Positions 1-15,353 of a stretch of 64,000 nt of DNA are shown here, one piece after another. Each line of letters begins with the position of its first letter. Positions within the stretch are counted from its first letter, which is position 1. Made by a program: the position numbers and the translations under genes. The notes under the pieces are model-generated. The model was not told the origin of the DNA. It saw only the letters and a program-made list of their open reading frames with translations, and did not search any database. Origin of the DNA: Antedon mediterranea. Its lineage: Eukaryota; Animalia; Echinodermata. The stretch is taken from assembly GCF_964355755.1 (NCBI RefSeq), contig NC_092673.1:3100001-3164000 (forward strand). Direction: 5' to 3'.

Positions 1-406
1 ATATAGCCTAAAATACGAGACTAAATACGGTAAACAAACGTTCGATGATGCGAATGTGTCTGCACCATCGTTATGTCACACAAACATGCAATATTATAAA
101 AGTTGTGTAGGAAGTTTTTATTTCTCATTAAGGGTCATCAAAGGTTGATCGATTTATGTATATTTATCACTTCAGAATTTTCTCCAGGCTAACATTTAAC
201 TACCTCACACCAATTAAAAAAATGTTTTCGAATGCGAAATATTGATATTTCAATTAATGTAAAACAAAATATGTCATTCACAATACGACTATTTTTATAA
301 ATAATTATGATTGTAAATACGATAATCATTGCTCACGAGCTAGCTACAAGATTGGATCACTACAACAACATCTGTAGATTATGGACATTAAGAAATAACT
401 ACACTA

Positions 407-508
407 AAAGTTGTGATGACGTCATATTAAGAAAGCTCAGACCATTTATCGTGAAACAACATGAGACGTTTTAAAAGTTTGATGACGTCACAAATTTAAG
501 AAAGCTCG
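407..508. promoter_or_regulatory. Duplicated segment with two perfect CRE palindromes (TGACGTCA at 417-424 and 483-490)
   Basis: TAAAAGTT(G)TGATGACGTCA...TTAAGAAAGCTC occurs twice upstream of the presumed FGFRL1 first exon. Confidence 0.5.
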
Positions 509-623
509 GGGCACGAAACTTCAACTGACAATATTGGGTAGCATATGTGTGATACGGTGGTATTTATCAGCGACACTCAAAACCACGTGTCGTATTTAAA
601 AAAAACAATACCAGTTACCTTTA

Positions 624-775
624 AGCTCTGTCTACACTGTCAAACTAGTTTGACAAAAAAGTGTGCCCAAATATGGTAGTGATATGCCAAAATATGGTAG
701 TGATATGACATCATCATGTATACCGGTATATAATCACATCACATTTTTTTGTCACATAAAGTTTGGCAGAGCTTT
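624..775 (+). mobile_element. CArG-MITE family copy 1
   Basis: TIR AGCTCTGTCTACACT(A)TCAAACT, core CCAAATATGGTAGTGATATG...GACATCATCATG; right TIR partly deleted. Orientation is arbitrary. Confidence 0.9.
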
Positions 776-1379
776 CCTTTCCTTACAAAGTTATTTGTAA
801 GGAAAATAGGAATTTTTTTAAATGAAAATTAGGCTTATAGAGGTTAATCAGTTTTTACCAGACAAAGATGATTTTTTATACTAAAAAAACATTAAATTGT
901 CAGGACACCATTCAGAAAATATGTTGGTTGTATTTCCACCGTGATCGTAATTGAATGTGATCACATCTGCGGCATAACGACTAATTACGTCTTATTAGAA
1001 CGCCATGAATTTAAACGGATTTAAATCGGTTCTTCAATGTTCACACCAGGAGAGATTTTAAAGTTCCAATACTAAGTGCAAGTACGGAACAAACACCCGT
1101 AGCGATTGGGAAATTGAATCCGAATGATTCGTAGCATTGGTCCATATGCTGACGAACCTCCTCCCTAGTCTCCGGCCTCCTCCTCCTCATTTGCTTAAAG
1201 TCTCCCGTGTTCGCATAACGACATCCAATTGTTAGGCCTACACGAAAAGCATTATCTTGACGGTATTTGATAGGTTGTGAGAGTATAGATCGTGTCAACA
1301 GCGCCAAAGCAGTTAAGTAAATATACTTTATTGTACGTTCTGTAGTTGGCGGAGCAACGCTTAGCATTACTTCACCTAT

Positions 1380-1725
1380 TCTTTGGATTATTTCGTTGAA
1401 CCATTGATGTTGGATATTATACTGTTCGTCACAAATAATTTATTTAACTATTTCGGCCAGTTTGCTTACTAACACTGCACCAAACCGTGATTGTTAATGT
1501 ACATTTTGATTTGTTTATTTTACGAGTGGAATAAATAGACTTTATCACAACCATAGGGCATTCGTGTTGCTTTCGAATTGCGTTCGTGTGACCGAATATA
1601 CCGTACAAACAATTGTTGTCGAGTGGTTGGTCACAAGCACACTATCCGTCACTCATTCGTTATCCATCGATGGACTTGCATACTATTGGAGCTATCTAAA
1701 TTCATTATTATTTTTGTTTTATAAG
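1380..1725 (+). other. Putative non-coding 5' exon of FGFRL1 (5' boundary uncertain)
   Basis: Strong donor AAG|gtaagt at 1725/1726 within a CpG-richer region (about 1-3.7 kb). The signal-peptide exon has an acceptor at 6553, so an upstream exon is expected. Confidence 0.45.
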
Positions 1726-4700
1726 GTAAGTGTTTTATTCGTTTTATCAGACACAAAAGTGTTCAATAAAACCGTTATATTTACACCATAACACCTTTTA
1801 TTGTTCGATAATCGACGTTTATGATGTGTATAAAGTTCTTGGCATTGTAATTGTTAAATAAACAGCAAATGAGATGACAATTTAAACATCAAACAAGAAA
1901 TGGCAATACGTCTGATAACATTCAACTGCCGTAGCTCGTATGATCATTCTGAACCAGTATATGGCCTACAGGTAAAGTACACAATGTTCGTCTGCTTATT
2001 TTTTTTTCTATGATTTTTTTAATTGAATATTGCTGGCTCTCTTACAGTATCATCGTCCAATTCATTTCATAACCTTTTCTTCCGCCCTTGTTGTCAGTCC
2101 GGTCATTTAGACTGTTAGGCTAGAGTTGGTGAGCTATAGTGTTGAATAGAATTCAAACTTTGTATAGGCCTACCAAATGTAGGCTAACAATGTTGATGAT
2201 CATCCTACGGTCAAATTGAGACTTTTATTTAAAAAAATCTCAATGCGGCATGGCATTTCATTTCAATGGTGGACTTAAAGGGTTGGTTTCAAGCCACGGA
2301 GACTAATACAATCAAGATGGCAAGAGCGATATCTAGTAAGGGTTAAATTCTGGGAACAGCGTGGTGCCTAAAACAAGTGTTTACCAGGCGTTGCAAATGG
2401 ATCTTGCCGAGGAAAATCAAACAAACTTCCCATACACGAACTTGACGTTTTAACCCGACTATGGGTTTTATTATTAATAAACACCTAATTCGCTGTTAGC
2501 TCAGCGATCAGTAATAATAATGATTGGCAGAAAGTTGTTACGTTAACGGTCGTAAGGTCGATGTAATGCAAGAGAAAAACATGTACAATTTGTAAGACTT
2601 TAATACATCGTAAGCCGCATCATATTGATAGAAATAGTACTCGAGTTTCAGAACGGCAATTGCCGCAGTTCCCTTACGACCAATCTACTCGTAAAAGGAT
2701 CTTCTGCACCTGCCGCAACCGACCCCTTTCGCACTTCGAACGCGGCCACAGCAATTACCCATAATAAATGAACCTCAAGGGGCTGGCATGTAACGTGCTA
2801 TGAAATAGCATGCAAGTTCACACCGCCTTGGATGTAACGCTAAACATTGATATGATAGGTAACGGAAGTTGTAAAAATGTCGGGTTTGGATATTATGAAT
2901 ATAAAAAGATGAGAAATTCGAGGATTATTATGAGCGATTATTTTTGTAAAATTTCTACGGATGCAATCCCTGTCGGCATTTTTTGTTAGTAATATTATTA
3001 GTTGCAATCGTCAACCATCGGGATTAATGTATTTTACATCGGTACTGGAAACATTTCCATCTCCACCCTTCCTCCATAACCCCTATAAAACTTCAGAACT
3101 ATAGGGAACCTTGTTTTTCAACGCGTATATTGAAACCTAAAAAACTCAACCGTATACAGCATTAGGCATTATGAATTCAATATAAGTAAGTTGTATTACG
3201 CGCAAATTTCGCTTTACATTAAGAAAAATATCACTAAAACAGCCATAAAATCATGTTGTGCCTTAAACCGACAAAAAAGGGCACGTTTTACCAATAAGAA
3301 TTACGATTATTGGTTTTTTTTCTAGATTATGTTATATCTTATCGGAATAACTGGCTTACATAACAATTCATTAGGAAATTGAGAAATCTATTCTGTCTGT
3401 TGCGCCGTAATTATCGTAAAAATCCGACGGCATATCACACTCTAACATGGCCAAATGATAGTACTTGACGGGTAGTTTGAAGGCAAGTGGTTCGAAAAAA
3501 AAACCATGTTGATGGCTGATGAGTTTCGGGTTCTGTAAGGATTGAGCGGGAAAGAAGTATACGTGATAGTCTGCTGACGAAGCGACTTCAATTTTCCTCC
3601 CATTTAATAAACGAAGTAATAAAATCCGAGCAATCATGTCTGTACACTGCTTCAGAATTTACCGACATTAATGTTTCGTACGCGAAAAAAAGAAATGTAG
3701 ATGTTGATTATTATAGAGAGTCCTCAAACAACGGAAAAAGTAGGCCTAACTCATCATGGACGTTTTATTAAAAGAAACAAACTTAAACACAATTTTGGCC
3801 TAATCGTGCTCAATAGAACAACATACAAAACAAACATACTCGTAATCGTCATTTAAGAAACGCAATTACTTTTCAATGAAAAAAAAGCTATAAAAGCACA
3901 ATTTTCACTCAATCATTGTTCACAATCGATCGTAGAGATATAATCTCGTGGATTAATTTATATTAAAATAGGCAGTGTGATATAAATGTAGGTCGCCTTT
4001 TTTTTTTACCACGCCTAAATCATGTTTTGGGATGTGACTATATCGTTAGATTTCTCTTCCAGGGGAAAATAATGATTTCATTTATTTATTCAAAAAAATG
4101 GTTCCATGATGGTTCCGAAACGTCGATATTCTTGTTTTTTTGTATTAAATTTTATTGTAAAAAAAATAAAATAAACGAAAACAAATCATAACCAAAAACC
4201 ATTGTCTGGCAATTTGACTAATATTTTTCTCAAATTACAGTTTTGTCAGGTCATTTTTGTTTTCTCGATCCTATTTTTGATCTAAGTGAATAATTCTCAA
4301 AATATTAACATTAAAATATCGTATTTAACTAAATCAATATCAACATTTTTTTCCATGGGGACAATAATTCAATATGGTGTGACGCGAAATTAGGTTAATG
4401 AATGAATGCCAGCCCTACATTTATTTTCTAAGGAAAGTTGCAATGCATCATGTTGTGTAAATAAAGTAATAAAAAGATAATTCCATACAATTACAAGGAG
4501 TTATCCGTGAAAGTGCTGATAACTAATGTTTATATTTATACTGATAAAATTTACTGTAATGGTTCACGTGCCAAATTTACAAATAGCGCCCTCAATATTT
4601 CGATAACTTTACTACTGAGTACCGATACTGTACTAAAACTATTATCATATAATAGTAATGATCTACTGTATGTATCGATGTAAGTTGGGGGGGGGGGGGG

Positions 4701-6585
4701 GGTAGGATAGGGGTTGATAGTTAGTTGCTTTTGCCTTTTTTTAACTTTTCTGTTAATTGTTATATTTTATATTGTGAAGGATGCACCTTTGTGCTAAGTG
4801 TGCCACCGATCTAAAGGTGTAATTCCAAATAAATAAATAAATAAATATCATGGTCTGTGGTACAATGGTGAAGTAATAGCGGTAGTGCGATACCAATACC
4901 ATACACGTACCAGTGCGTAAGCTGGTGTACCATGGAGCTCCATGGGTGTACAATAAAGGTGAAAATATAGGCCTACTACAAATAAACCTCTCGCTTAAAA
5001 CTCCGAAGAGAGAATTTCGCACTCTATCATCGCAGTCATTACACCCAAGGAAGTATATCCCCATTAACAGCATTAGTCCGTTTTAAACTTCAAGCATTGA
5101 ACGGTGGACAATCGCCTTTCACTATAAACTAACTGAATAATGCGTTAAACGCTAAAGCGTTTAGGCCTACATTAGTTCCATTAAAGGACTATTATTGTAA
5201 TGAAGACGTATTAGGAACTGGATAAGGGAATTTGTCTAAGTTGTATTGATCTTGCGGAAAATAACCAAGGGGTTTTAATTACCCCTCATTGTAGAATGTG
5301 TGATCAATAATTATGTTAATGCAGATTTAAGGTTCCTGTATATCTTTATTATAAGTCTCATTAGCATTTGAAAGAACGCTAAAAGGGGATTAGATAATGT
5401 TTAGCGGCACCATCCGGGATACCATTACCGACGACCTGAACTTTGGGTTCTCGGTTTTTAGGTAGATGAAGGGGAATGACAGTATCTCAAATATATAATA
5501 TAACTAATCGGAATTATTAGTGTGCCGACGTACCGGTACCATTCCGATATATGGACGACACAATTGCTTCTTCATCATATTGTTTACTTTCCGTTTATAC
5601 TACAGACATTGTTTGCTTTTCTTATGGTCAGAGCTTTTTGCATGCTTTTTGAAAATAAATCTAGACAGAGGATCCCTGTCATAACAGCCAAATGCACTGT
5701 AGAGAAAACGGCACATATAAAATTCATTCAAAAAACAAGTGTCGGTAAGTTTTAAGAGTAATTGTCGGCATAATTTCCCTTAATAGATCAACCGTAAAAT
5801 ATCTTATTCTTAAATAAGAGTTTTTAATTCAAAGGTATTTGGAAACATGAGACTTTCTTTTATTAGAAAATAGGCAATAATAATTTGGCAATACCTTATT
5901 AAAAACGGATTTCCAAGGTCAAATGTGAATCTATACTATATAGTTTATGCTTCGCTAGTTCTAACACTGTTTTTCCTGTGCGTTACTTTCAAAAGGTCGT
6001 GATTAGTTTAATGTATAGATTTCATTCAGTCGCCGATGCTGTTCAAAGCGGTCGTGAATATTGTGTTAATATACCGTTGTTCGCTGTAATATTAAAAGCT
6101 AGGCCTCAAATGCCTCAATTCTATGCGTTTGGATATTTCTCTTGAATTATCTGGTCGTTAAGTATTCGAATTAAATTGTGATTTACTGAATTGCCTCTAC
6201 GATTAACTATCTAATGTAGGACAAAACCGGGCATGCTGGCATGTTGGAAATTTGTGATAATAAGGTTTTCCATTTAAAAGGTAAATTTGGAAGCGATGTA
6301 TTCATTAATGAATATTAAATATTTTGCAGATATAATATTCTATGTCATTACTTTATACATAAAAGTTTGATGAACTTAATTAAGTGGTCCCTGTGTCGTC
6401 ACAGCGCGCGAGATAAGAAATCGTCCACTCAGTCAGACGACCGGCAGTGTAGGCTACAGTAGAAGTGCGGTAGGACACCGCAGACATGAATGGTTGCTGA
6501 GCAGAAGCTATGATGTTAAAACGTGTATTAAAACTTAAATGTTTGTGTTTCAGGTGATTGGAAACTACAGAAACTAAAACAATAA

Positions 6586-6676
6586 ATGGAGGGATTACAT
6601 TTAATATATTTACTGGTCCTGTTGTGTTTTTGGAAAGTGGCTTACTGTGAAGAACCACGTAACGTCGTACCACTAG
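6586..6676 (+). CDS. FGFRL1: FGFRL1 coding exon 1 (signal peptide)
   Basis: Acceptor tttcag ends at 6553; ATG at 6586; translates MEGLHLIYLLVLLCFWKVAYCEEPRNVVPL+G, a hydrophobic signal peptide; donor G|gtaagt is phase 1 and matches the Ig1 exon. Not in the ORF track. Confidence 0.85.
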
Positions 6677-9381
6677 GTAAGTGACATGATAGGCCTACTT
6701 ACCATACCTGGCTAGATTTATAGCATTAGGCTACTGAGGGTCGTCATTGCACAAACTTTTTAGCCTAAATTCTATCACATTTACAATATTATTATAGAAT
6801 ATTTGAGTAGCGTTCCAGGATTACACGATACATACGCTTAAATATATATTCATTTGTCTGAATCGCATATTTTAAAGTACGTGTATGAACTTGGCAATGG
6901 TGTAGGCCTGGTGTGTGGAAGACGGAAGCATGAGTGAGAAAACGGTATACAAACATGATCGTTATCTTTCGTCATTCAGGCCGAAATTATTTGGAAGAAA
7001 ACTGTTCCAATAATGTATTTATAAAAATCATTTTTCCGATTTTTGTAATTATGTAGGCCTACATTCCAAGGTGCACACTATTTTATCCATTTGTTTCCAT
7101 TACGAATAGAATGAATAGGTTTTAAAAATCATTCAATTCATGCCTACTAAACGGTGTTGCATGCTATTCCATTCAACAATTGTGAAAACAAAAATATGTT
7201 GTCTGCCACCAGATTAAATTCATGTCCAAAGTATTTGAAAAGGTTTTTGAATAATACTTAAAGCTGATAATGATAGAATTATTGGTGTATATTCAAAGGG
7301 TTCAAAATAATAATGTTGATGTAACATTTCTTTTCATATACGGTATTAAATAATCCTGTACTACAGATCTTTAAGAATTCGAATAGGTTTAATAAATAAA
7401 CAAACTTCACATAACACATGAAAATGACCTATTCAAGAAAACCATAAGTCTACACATAGAAATATTATAGTTCACTATAATATCTGTATGGTCTACAGTA
7501 AAAAGATACCTTATAAACTATTAGCATATTTAAATTATTATTAAAATAACATTTAGCAATTATATACTTTACATCAGATTTAGTGGCAATAACAGATTTA
7601 TGTTTATTACAAGAAAGAATAACACGATTATATATACAGAGTTATAAAGGATGAATGCAGTGTTTTATGTGTTGGCTCAGAGTTACAAAGTGCACAGGAA
7701 TAAGCCTCTGTTTGTTTATTGTGGACTTTGTCTTTTACTCTTACAGAATGTGTTAATATTAAACTTATCATCCAATAAGTTTGCTTGATTGGCAAGCATG
7801 TTTAGTAAAATTATAACTGGTTTCTGATAATTGTAGACTTGTGTACATAACTGTATGCCATCGCATTTACTGTAGTGTATATAATGTCGCGTAGTTATCA
7901 GAAAGAAAGAATACAGTACAATAACATGTAATAATAGGTAATCAATTTTACAAAATAAGAAACGCCTAATACACAGTACTTCAGTTACTGTACCAGTTAT
8001 GTCAATTATCATATGTAATTGATATAATTATGTACCTTCTTTACAATTAATAATATCGTTTCATTAACAATAATAAATTGTGTAATAACCAGTTTAATTT
8101 TAATAGATAGATAGATTGTATTATTATTTTGGTTGCATCTATCATAATAGATGAATAAATAATAGCAATTTTAATAACTTTATTATTGTCAATAAACAGT
8201 AGAAATAAAGTATTAATGACACTAATGCATTTTCACTATATAATAAAAACATATTATTACTTTGCTATAATTTGTTTTGTAATATTAACCATTTTCATCG
8301 ATAAAATGACAATAAATTGTAGAATACTTTTTCACTAAGGGAGAATATTTCTTGAGTAATATGCATAAGTATCTCAAGGACTTATTATGTGTAGTAATAA
8401 TTAAATTTAATAGCACGTCCTCCAGTATGAAAGTTGGGTTCAATCCATATCCCCTGAGATTAAGAGTTAATCCCCTAATTAAGTTAATAATATATAAGCT
8501 CAATGAATTATCAAAGTTGTACTGTAACACATAGTCATGAAAATATGTGTTTATTCTAGAAACTCTGCTAGTTCTTAATCATGCATTTAAATTATTTATT
8601 AAGTGCATTGACAAATTTTTTGTTCGTACCACCCCTACATCATTTCCATCTAAGCCTAAGTATTGTAGCATTCATCGAAGCATGACGATATAACTCGCTG
8701 TCTTTTCTAATAGCTTTTTGGCTATTGTTTGTAGGCTGTACACAAAAATGATTTACCCTGGGGGATTATACGGATTTAAAAAGCACTACTGTGGAAGTAG
8801 TGTCCAAAGATTTTGAAAGAGAACAAAAAAACGCCTGCAACATGACCTGTCTGCTATTGTATTGTTTCATTCTATATATTCCACTGTTTACTTATTCGCT
8901 GAACAGATGCATATGCCGGCAAATTTGGCATGCCGTACGACCCAGAGACTCATTTTCTATGTCCCTAGAGAACAATCTTGAGTCACAAATTGCTACGCGG
9001 ATCATTTAGTGTAACGGTGTGTGTCGGCTGGTTCAAAGAAACCGTTTTATTCTCAAATTTCACTATCTCATAATGCTTTTATTTTTGTTTTTTTGTGTTT
9101 TCATTGGCAGACAAAATTCTTATAGAAAATGTATTCAATAAATTCCTTGTTGTTAAATTACTATTTACCAACGGATATAATCTAAACTTTAATCATACGG
9201 TGCGGACTTAAAATAGAACATATTTTAATTAATACTTTTTTGTCATTAAATTAGTGACATGCCTTGATATAAAATAAACATTTAACAATTTATATTTGAT
9301 AAACGCTGCCTGTAATAACTCAATTAATGACAGGTACTATCTGCCAACCACAAGCAGTAATTAATATTTAAAAAATTCATA

Positions 9382-9521
9382 TACACTATCAAACTACAGT
9401 AGTTTGACAAAAAAGGTGTGATATTCCCAAAAATGGTAGTGATAATGACATCATCATGTCCATATATCGACACATCACTTTTTTTTGTCACATAAAGTTT
9501 GATAGTATAGACCTAGCTTTA
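9382..9521 (+). mobile_element. CArG-MITE copy 2
   Basis: Same core; left TIR truncated. Confidence 0.88.
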
Positions 9522-10126
9522 AGATTGGTGTACTTTTATATCCTGCCCCCCCCCCTCCCCATTTTTAAAATGTGATCCTTCATGACATAATTATCGTAGC
9601 TAAATCCCTTGATTAATGCACAACTGTAAAGTGTGGCTTTGTTTATATTAAATGTATATAGTATTTATTGGTATGAAGAGATAGATAGAGTTAGTCATCT
9701 CCAAAGAGATGTTCTTTTCACTCATCATCGTTGCAATTAAGGTTGGAGGAATCTGGAAACCATAAACTATACAGATTCCAGTTTTATCACCCTTCAACTC
9801 ATTGTTTACTGCAATAAGCCTCTCTGGATTAAGAAGTTATTAAACTTGAAATTTAAGTAGGTTCCAGCAATCTGGAAAATATCCATAGACCTATTTTTGC
9901 AACGATGCTCTTTCAAAACTACTCAATTCCTGAATATGCATTATAATATTAATACTACGATTTTATTGTTCATAGCGTGGAATCACAATAATGACATTGT
10001 TATCAAATGTGAATGCGACTTCCTTTCTTGGTTATTATATTTCATACAATAAATAGCCTTTTTATGAACAAAAATATATCATTGGTTTACCAACGAAAAA
10101 AAATATAAAAAAATGTTGAGCTATAA

Positions 10127-10265
10127 AGCTCTGTCTTACACTATCAAACTTTATGTGTCAAAAAATGTAATGTGCCCATATATGGACATGATGATGTCAT
10201 ATCACTACCATATTTGGGCACATCATACCTCTTTGTCAAACTAGTTTGATAGTGTAGACAGAGCT
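10127..10265 (-). mobile_element. CArG-MITE copy 3 (full)
   Basis: Both TIRs present; flanks TAA...TTA. Confidence 0.92.
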
Positions 10266-10650
10266 TTAGACTACTTTGTAAAGGGTGGGTGGCAATACCT
10301 AGGGTAAACAGTTTTAGGCTGGCCCATTTTTACCTAGTGCAACTATAATACATCGGTACGTTGTTAAAGCTAAAACAATGTTTAGTGATTTTTTTTTAGT
10401 ATGCTGTAGTTATCCATTGACATAATTCCTGTAAGTCTCCAGTGAATGTATTTGTAGAGTAGTGTTTCTTCATTTATGAATAAAAATTGTTGTAATTGCC
10501 CCCATCAGAATTGGAAACAGAAGTTATGATAATCGGTTTGTTGTTTATCATGCGATATGATACAATACTATTTAGTATTGGGTCGTCTTCTTTACAACAA
10601 AGGATGGCCCTTTAAACTAAACAAACTTGTGATTTTTGTAAAATAATCTT

Positions 10651-10750
10651 AAGCTAAAAAAATGTGATGTGACCATATATGGACATGATGATGTCATATT
10701 TCCATACCATATTTGGGCACATCACACTTTTTTTTGTCAAACTAGTTTGT
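10651..10750 (-). mobile_element. CArG-MITE copy 4 (partial)
   Basis: Core and inner arms, outer TIRs mostly lost. Confidence 0.85.
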
Positions 10751-13700
10751 GTGTTAGGGTCTCTATCATACACACTTATTACTGTACAGTATATAATATA
10801 ATAATAACAAAATACTAGTTATGTACTTTAAATAATAAATAAGAAAACAAAATACTAGTTTACTTTAAATAATAAATAAGATAAAGTCCTATAGATCCAC
10901 ATTATTAGTATGTAACAACATTATAATTCGTTAATTACACCATTGATGATATTATCATTAATTATTCATTCATTTATTCAAATTAGCTAATATTAATGAA
11001 TGTCAACCATGAAATTTTCATTTCAATAACAATCTATTTTTAAATTAAGATTGAAAAAAAATCTTATTAAACATTTAAATGAAAATTCTCTCACTGAGAA
11101 AATCAATAACAAGTAAATGTGTTTAGGTACACGCAGTAAATTGTGATTTCTAATGGATTTTAGGTGACTAATGATTAAAACGATGGTGTCCTTTGTCAAG
11201 TTTCCTGATTTGAAATCCCTTTTATTTTCTATGGATAATGACCATTGTCAGAAATTCTGGACGCGCCATCATTCAAACAATAGCCGTCAAAATATTATTA
11301 CAATTAAGTTTCTTTTGTTACCTGATATATAATCACTTGGTGTATTGTATACGTATACCTTTATTATGAGTGTTGTGATTTATCCCGACATTTTCTCCTT
11401 CTGTATACGCTACCCTAGGGGGTTGTTTGTAGCTAAATGAACATAATCTCGGTAAAGTGGGCAGATAGAAATGCATAGTAGCTCTGTAATAATTTATGAG
11501 TCTAGGATCACATCAATGGTGGTATAACATAAACGAAACAGCTGCCGTCAACACTATGTATCTTTTCAGTAGAATAAACTGAAATACGACTGTTATTAGC
11601 AAAACTACATTTACGCTGATTTCAAACTATAAAACTTGATGCGGTGATATAGTAACATCACAAATATGATCTCGGTAGATATGGCAAAAAGTACATTATA
11701 TTAAGGGTTGTTAACACTGTATATGCACGTCTTTGACAAAGTTGTTACGATTTAAGAGTCGTTGATCTTGTACTCTTGTATTAGCATACTAAGTCTATTG
11801 CTTAGAATGACACCTGATGAAATCGTTTTACGCATGCATTTTGATCTGGAATAATTATAATTTGGAATATTGTTTATGCATTACATTTTCTGAATCATAT
11901 TTTGAAAGATTTTGAAAATCTCAATAAGTAGGTTTAAATAACACTTCTTTATTTTTCTTTTAAGCAATGCGTAAAACGTCACTTCTGAAAAGGTAAAAAA
12001 AAAAATATGAAAATTAAGGCTTATATCTGGTAAATAGTGTTGAAAAGAGACTTGATTTCTCTCCGCCCCCAATATTATACTAATCCATAAGAGTTGGCGT
12101 TTAAAACCTTTAATGATACTTAAGTCCAGATAACCATTTAACAGTCTTATAAATTGTTTCGTTATAATGTGGATGTAAACAGTATAAATACATTATAGGC
12201 CTATAGTAATTTAAAAATATAAAAATGTCTAATACTTATAGACAGACGAGACTATGCTCTATCATGTATAACGCAATCAATCTTTTTAAAATACATTTTA
12301 TCCTTTTACAAAATTCATAATTCTGAAATTCAATCAACCAGTTTTACATAAATAATTGTGATAAGACGTATTTTGGCAAGTTTTAAATTAAGTTCCATTG
12401 AATATGCATAATTTGCCTGTAATGATAACAGATAAATCATAGTATTCTCTGATCTATAGATGAATCAGAATATTAATGTGGAATCGTAAAAGATAAATCT
12501 GTTATTTTAAATGATGCATATAGTAATTATTATAAATAATACTAAAGTTGTTGAAGAGTATCAGAACCTATGTTTGGTGTGAATAAATTATACCTTTCCA
12601 ATTTCTGTGCTGAAACGGATTGTTTCAAACATGGTTTTGGTCCACCAAATCGAACGTTTCGTTTTCATAACGCTCGATGCAGATATGCGCATAGCCACAA
12701 GAAAACAAAACGTTGATGTTTGATTAGATTTGCCGGCGCAGGACCAGAACCGTGCTGGAACAGGTGTGAAAGGCCCTTAACTCAATACGTAATACAGGTT
12801 TTCCCCCACTATCTTTAATATGTGGGTTAATTGAAAAGAAAGCTGGATTGTAGGCCTTATATACTTGGTTAAACCATGGATAAATCAGTTAGTTAGGTAG
12901 TATAAGTAATAGTCCTAAATGTAGTTAGTTAGATAGTAAGTTACTCCTAACTTATTTCTTCATGGTTAAAACATAGAGATGAAGATTAACTGGTAAAGTA
13001 TGCTAAGATATACAATGTTACAGTAAACTCTTGAAGACCTATAAATGCAAATTTGTAGGCCAACGACCGTACTTAATAAAACACAGAGAAATGCATTAAA
13101 AACATGATGGTAGAATAAAGCCTTGATTCTTGTCGGTATTAAACATTATTTTCAGATGTACTTTTGTAAACAAAATTGCAAGTCGTCAAATTAAAGTGGG
13201 TATTGAGTTTGTTTTTTTTACGATAAATTAATTAGGACAGCAAAGGCCAAAATTGAAATATTTTTACTATAAAAACAACACTTTTATTTATGGTAATTTT
13301 AATATAATACTTTTAGTTTAGTATATATTGACCTTATTTATTGCACTTATCTATTTGCACTTATCTATTTGCACTTATCTATTTATTTAAAATATGTTTA
13401 TAGAGGTTTATTCATTCACACTGTAAACTAAATTTAAACTTACTACTATATCTTACTATATTTTTCAACTTTAAAAACATTTAATACAGTTGTACCCAGT
13501 AAATAAAATTTGTAAATGTTAACATTATACCTTGCTAGTACATTCGAGGTATATTTAGTAATATGTATAGTGCTGAATGCTTGCTTTAAGGCAATCAATG
13601 CACATTACTTCTTTGAATGCATTTCTTGCGGCCTACCTGAATGCTTAGTATCCAAAGGCATAAGCTGACCAGACACATTGTCTCGACGACAACACTAAAT

Positions 13701-15048
13701 GCTGAAATGAAATTCTCACAAGAAATGACGGGAATTATCCTACATCTATAAGTAATTTGAAAAAAGATGAAAGACCTTGCCGAAAAATTAATAACACGAT
13801 AGGACTGTACAACTAAACCCAGGCGTATTTACATTTCATTTAGATCTGGTAAATATTTTTTCAATTGTATAATTATCAAAATTAGTCGCCTAAAAATCTA
13901 CAGTACATTACATTGATATTATGTTACAAAATTATAACTAACATTTAGTGAAGAGAAAATAATGTTTACAAAAACCAATCACATACAAACAACATCTATT
14001 GGCCTATTTTAATCTAGGAATGAGGTTTTATAATATAGACCCATTGTAGAATTAAAAACATTAAAAACAAGTGCAAATAAAATGTGTTTACCACACAGCA
14101 CCATTGCTGTTTCCCCAATGAACCGTGTAAAGTGTGCCGATTCACTAAATGTCTGGTAAAATGAAACGTTGGACATTAAGCGTTTATATGTCCATAATAT
14201 TTGCACACAATAAATTAGTGAACAGTCATTTATGATGTCATATACAATGTTATTATCATCCCTTGTATTCCACAACTACTTGATGGAGAATTTGATTGAC
14301 ACGGACCTAGATTATTGGTAAAACACATCCGGCGAGGTATTTGGGCATACAATGCTGCCAAGTAATTAATGTTTAGCATGTTATATTGGATCCATTGACA
14401 ATATATTTTTATGAATTTGACCTAGATTATATAGATTATAATATATTTGACAAGTTACTGTATAAGCATACAGGTAGGCTACTACAATGTATGTTGGGTT
14501 CTTTTGAGCCTTAGAAATAGTAATAAGTTATACAATATGGGTTAATGAATTTATTAAATCATGTACAAAATATGTAAATTTCAAATTATACTTAGAAACC
14601 TATATTTATAATCAATTAATATTAAATATTGTTAAAGAGTGATGTAGTAATCAGTTTCAGGAATCAGGTTCTGTTCAATTTGAAATGCATGACTTTGTAC
14701 TCTTTGAATTAAAACTGTCATATCATCCGACATGCCTATTATTACAACTGTACATAACTGTTAACTTCTTGTTCCTGTTTCTTGTTACAGTTGTTTAAAA
14801 TCATTATGAATATTAATAAATAGAGCCTAGAATATTAAAATACACTAACAACTGATATTTGCAGACTTCTCAAGGTTGACAATAAATTGGTTTTTTATAT
14901 GAAAAAAAATACAATATTACGTTATCTAATCATAAAGGTATTGCCTTTAAAGTTTTTTTCAATCTTGATGTAAAAGGTTGCATAGTTTCAATACAATGTA
15001 AATGTCATTGACAATGAGACAGTATGTATAGATACAAACAATGGTCAG

Positions 15049-15192
15049 GATGTTTATATTTATATTAGGATAAAGAATCACTTTAATTGCTATTTGGATG
15101 TCATCCATAATACGTGTATAAATATTCTAGATGTTTACATTTATATTAAGATAAAGAATCACTTTAATTGCTAGTTGGATGTCATTCATAAT
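15049..15192. repeat. Tandem duplication directly before MITE copy 5
   Basis: GATGTTTA(T/C)ATTTATATTA(G/A)GATAAAGAATCACTTTAATTGCTA...GGATGTCAT x2. Confidence 0.85.
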
Positions 15193-15198
15193 GTGTAA

Positions 15199-15353
15199 AG
15201 CTCTGTCCACACTATCAAACTTTAAGTGACAACAAATATTGTGTGCCCAAATATGGACATGATGATGTCATATCACTACCATATTTAAGCATATTACTAC
15301 CATATTTGGGCACATCACATTTTTTTGGTCAAACTAGTTTGATAGTGTAGACA
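15199..15353 (-). mobile_element. CArG-MITE copy 5
   Basis: Near full length with duplicated ~20-bp core unit. Confidence 0.92.

Noticed and set aside
1041-1367. 108-aa minus-strand ORF and other intronic ORFs of 60-120 aa
   Set aside because: No recognisable domains or supporting splice structure; consistent with random ORFs in non-coding DNA.
4090-4130. GGTTCCATGATGGTTCCGAAACGTCG as another Penelope-type hammerhead
   Set aside because: GAAACGUC and a partial stem II are present, but the CUGANGA core is not recognisable; at most a decayed relic.
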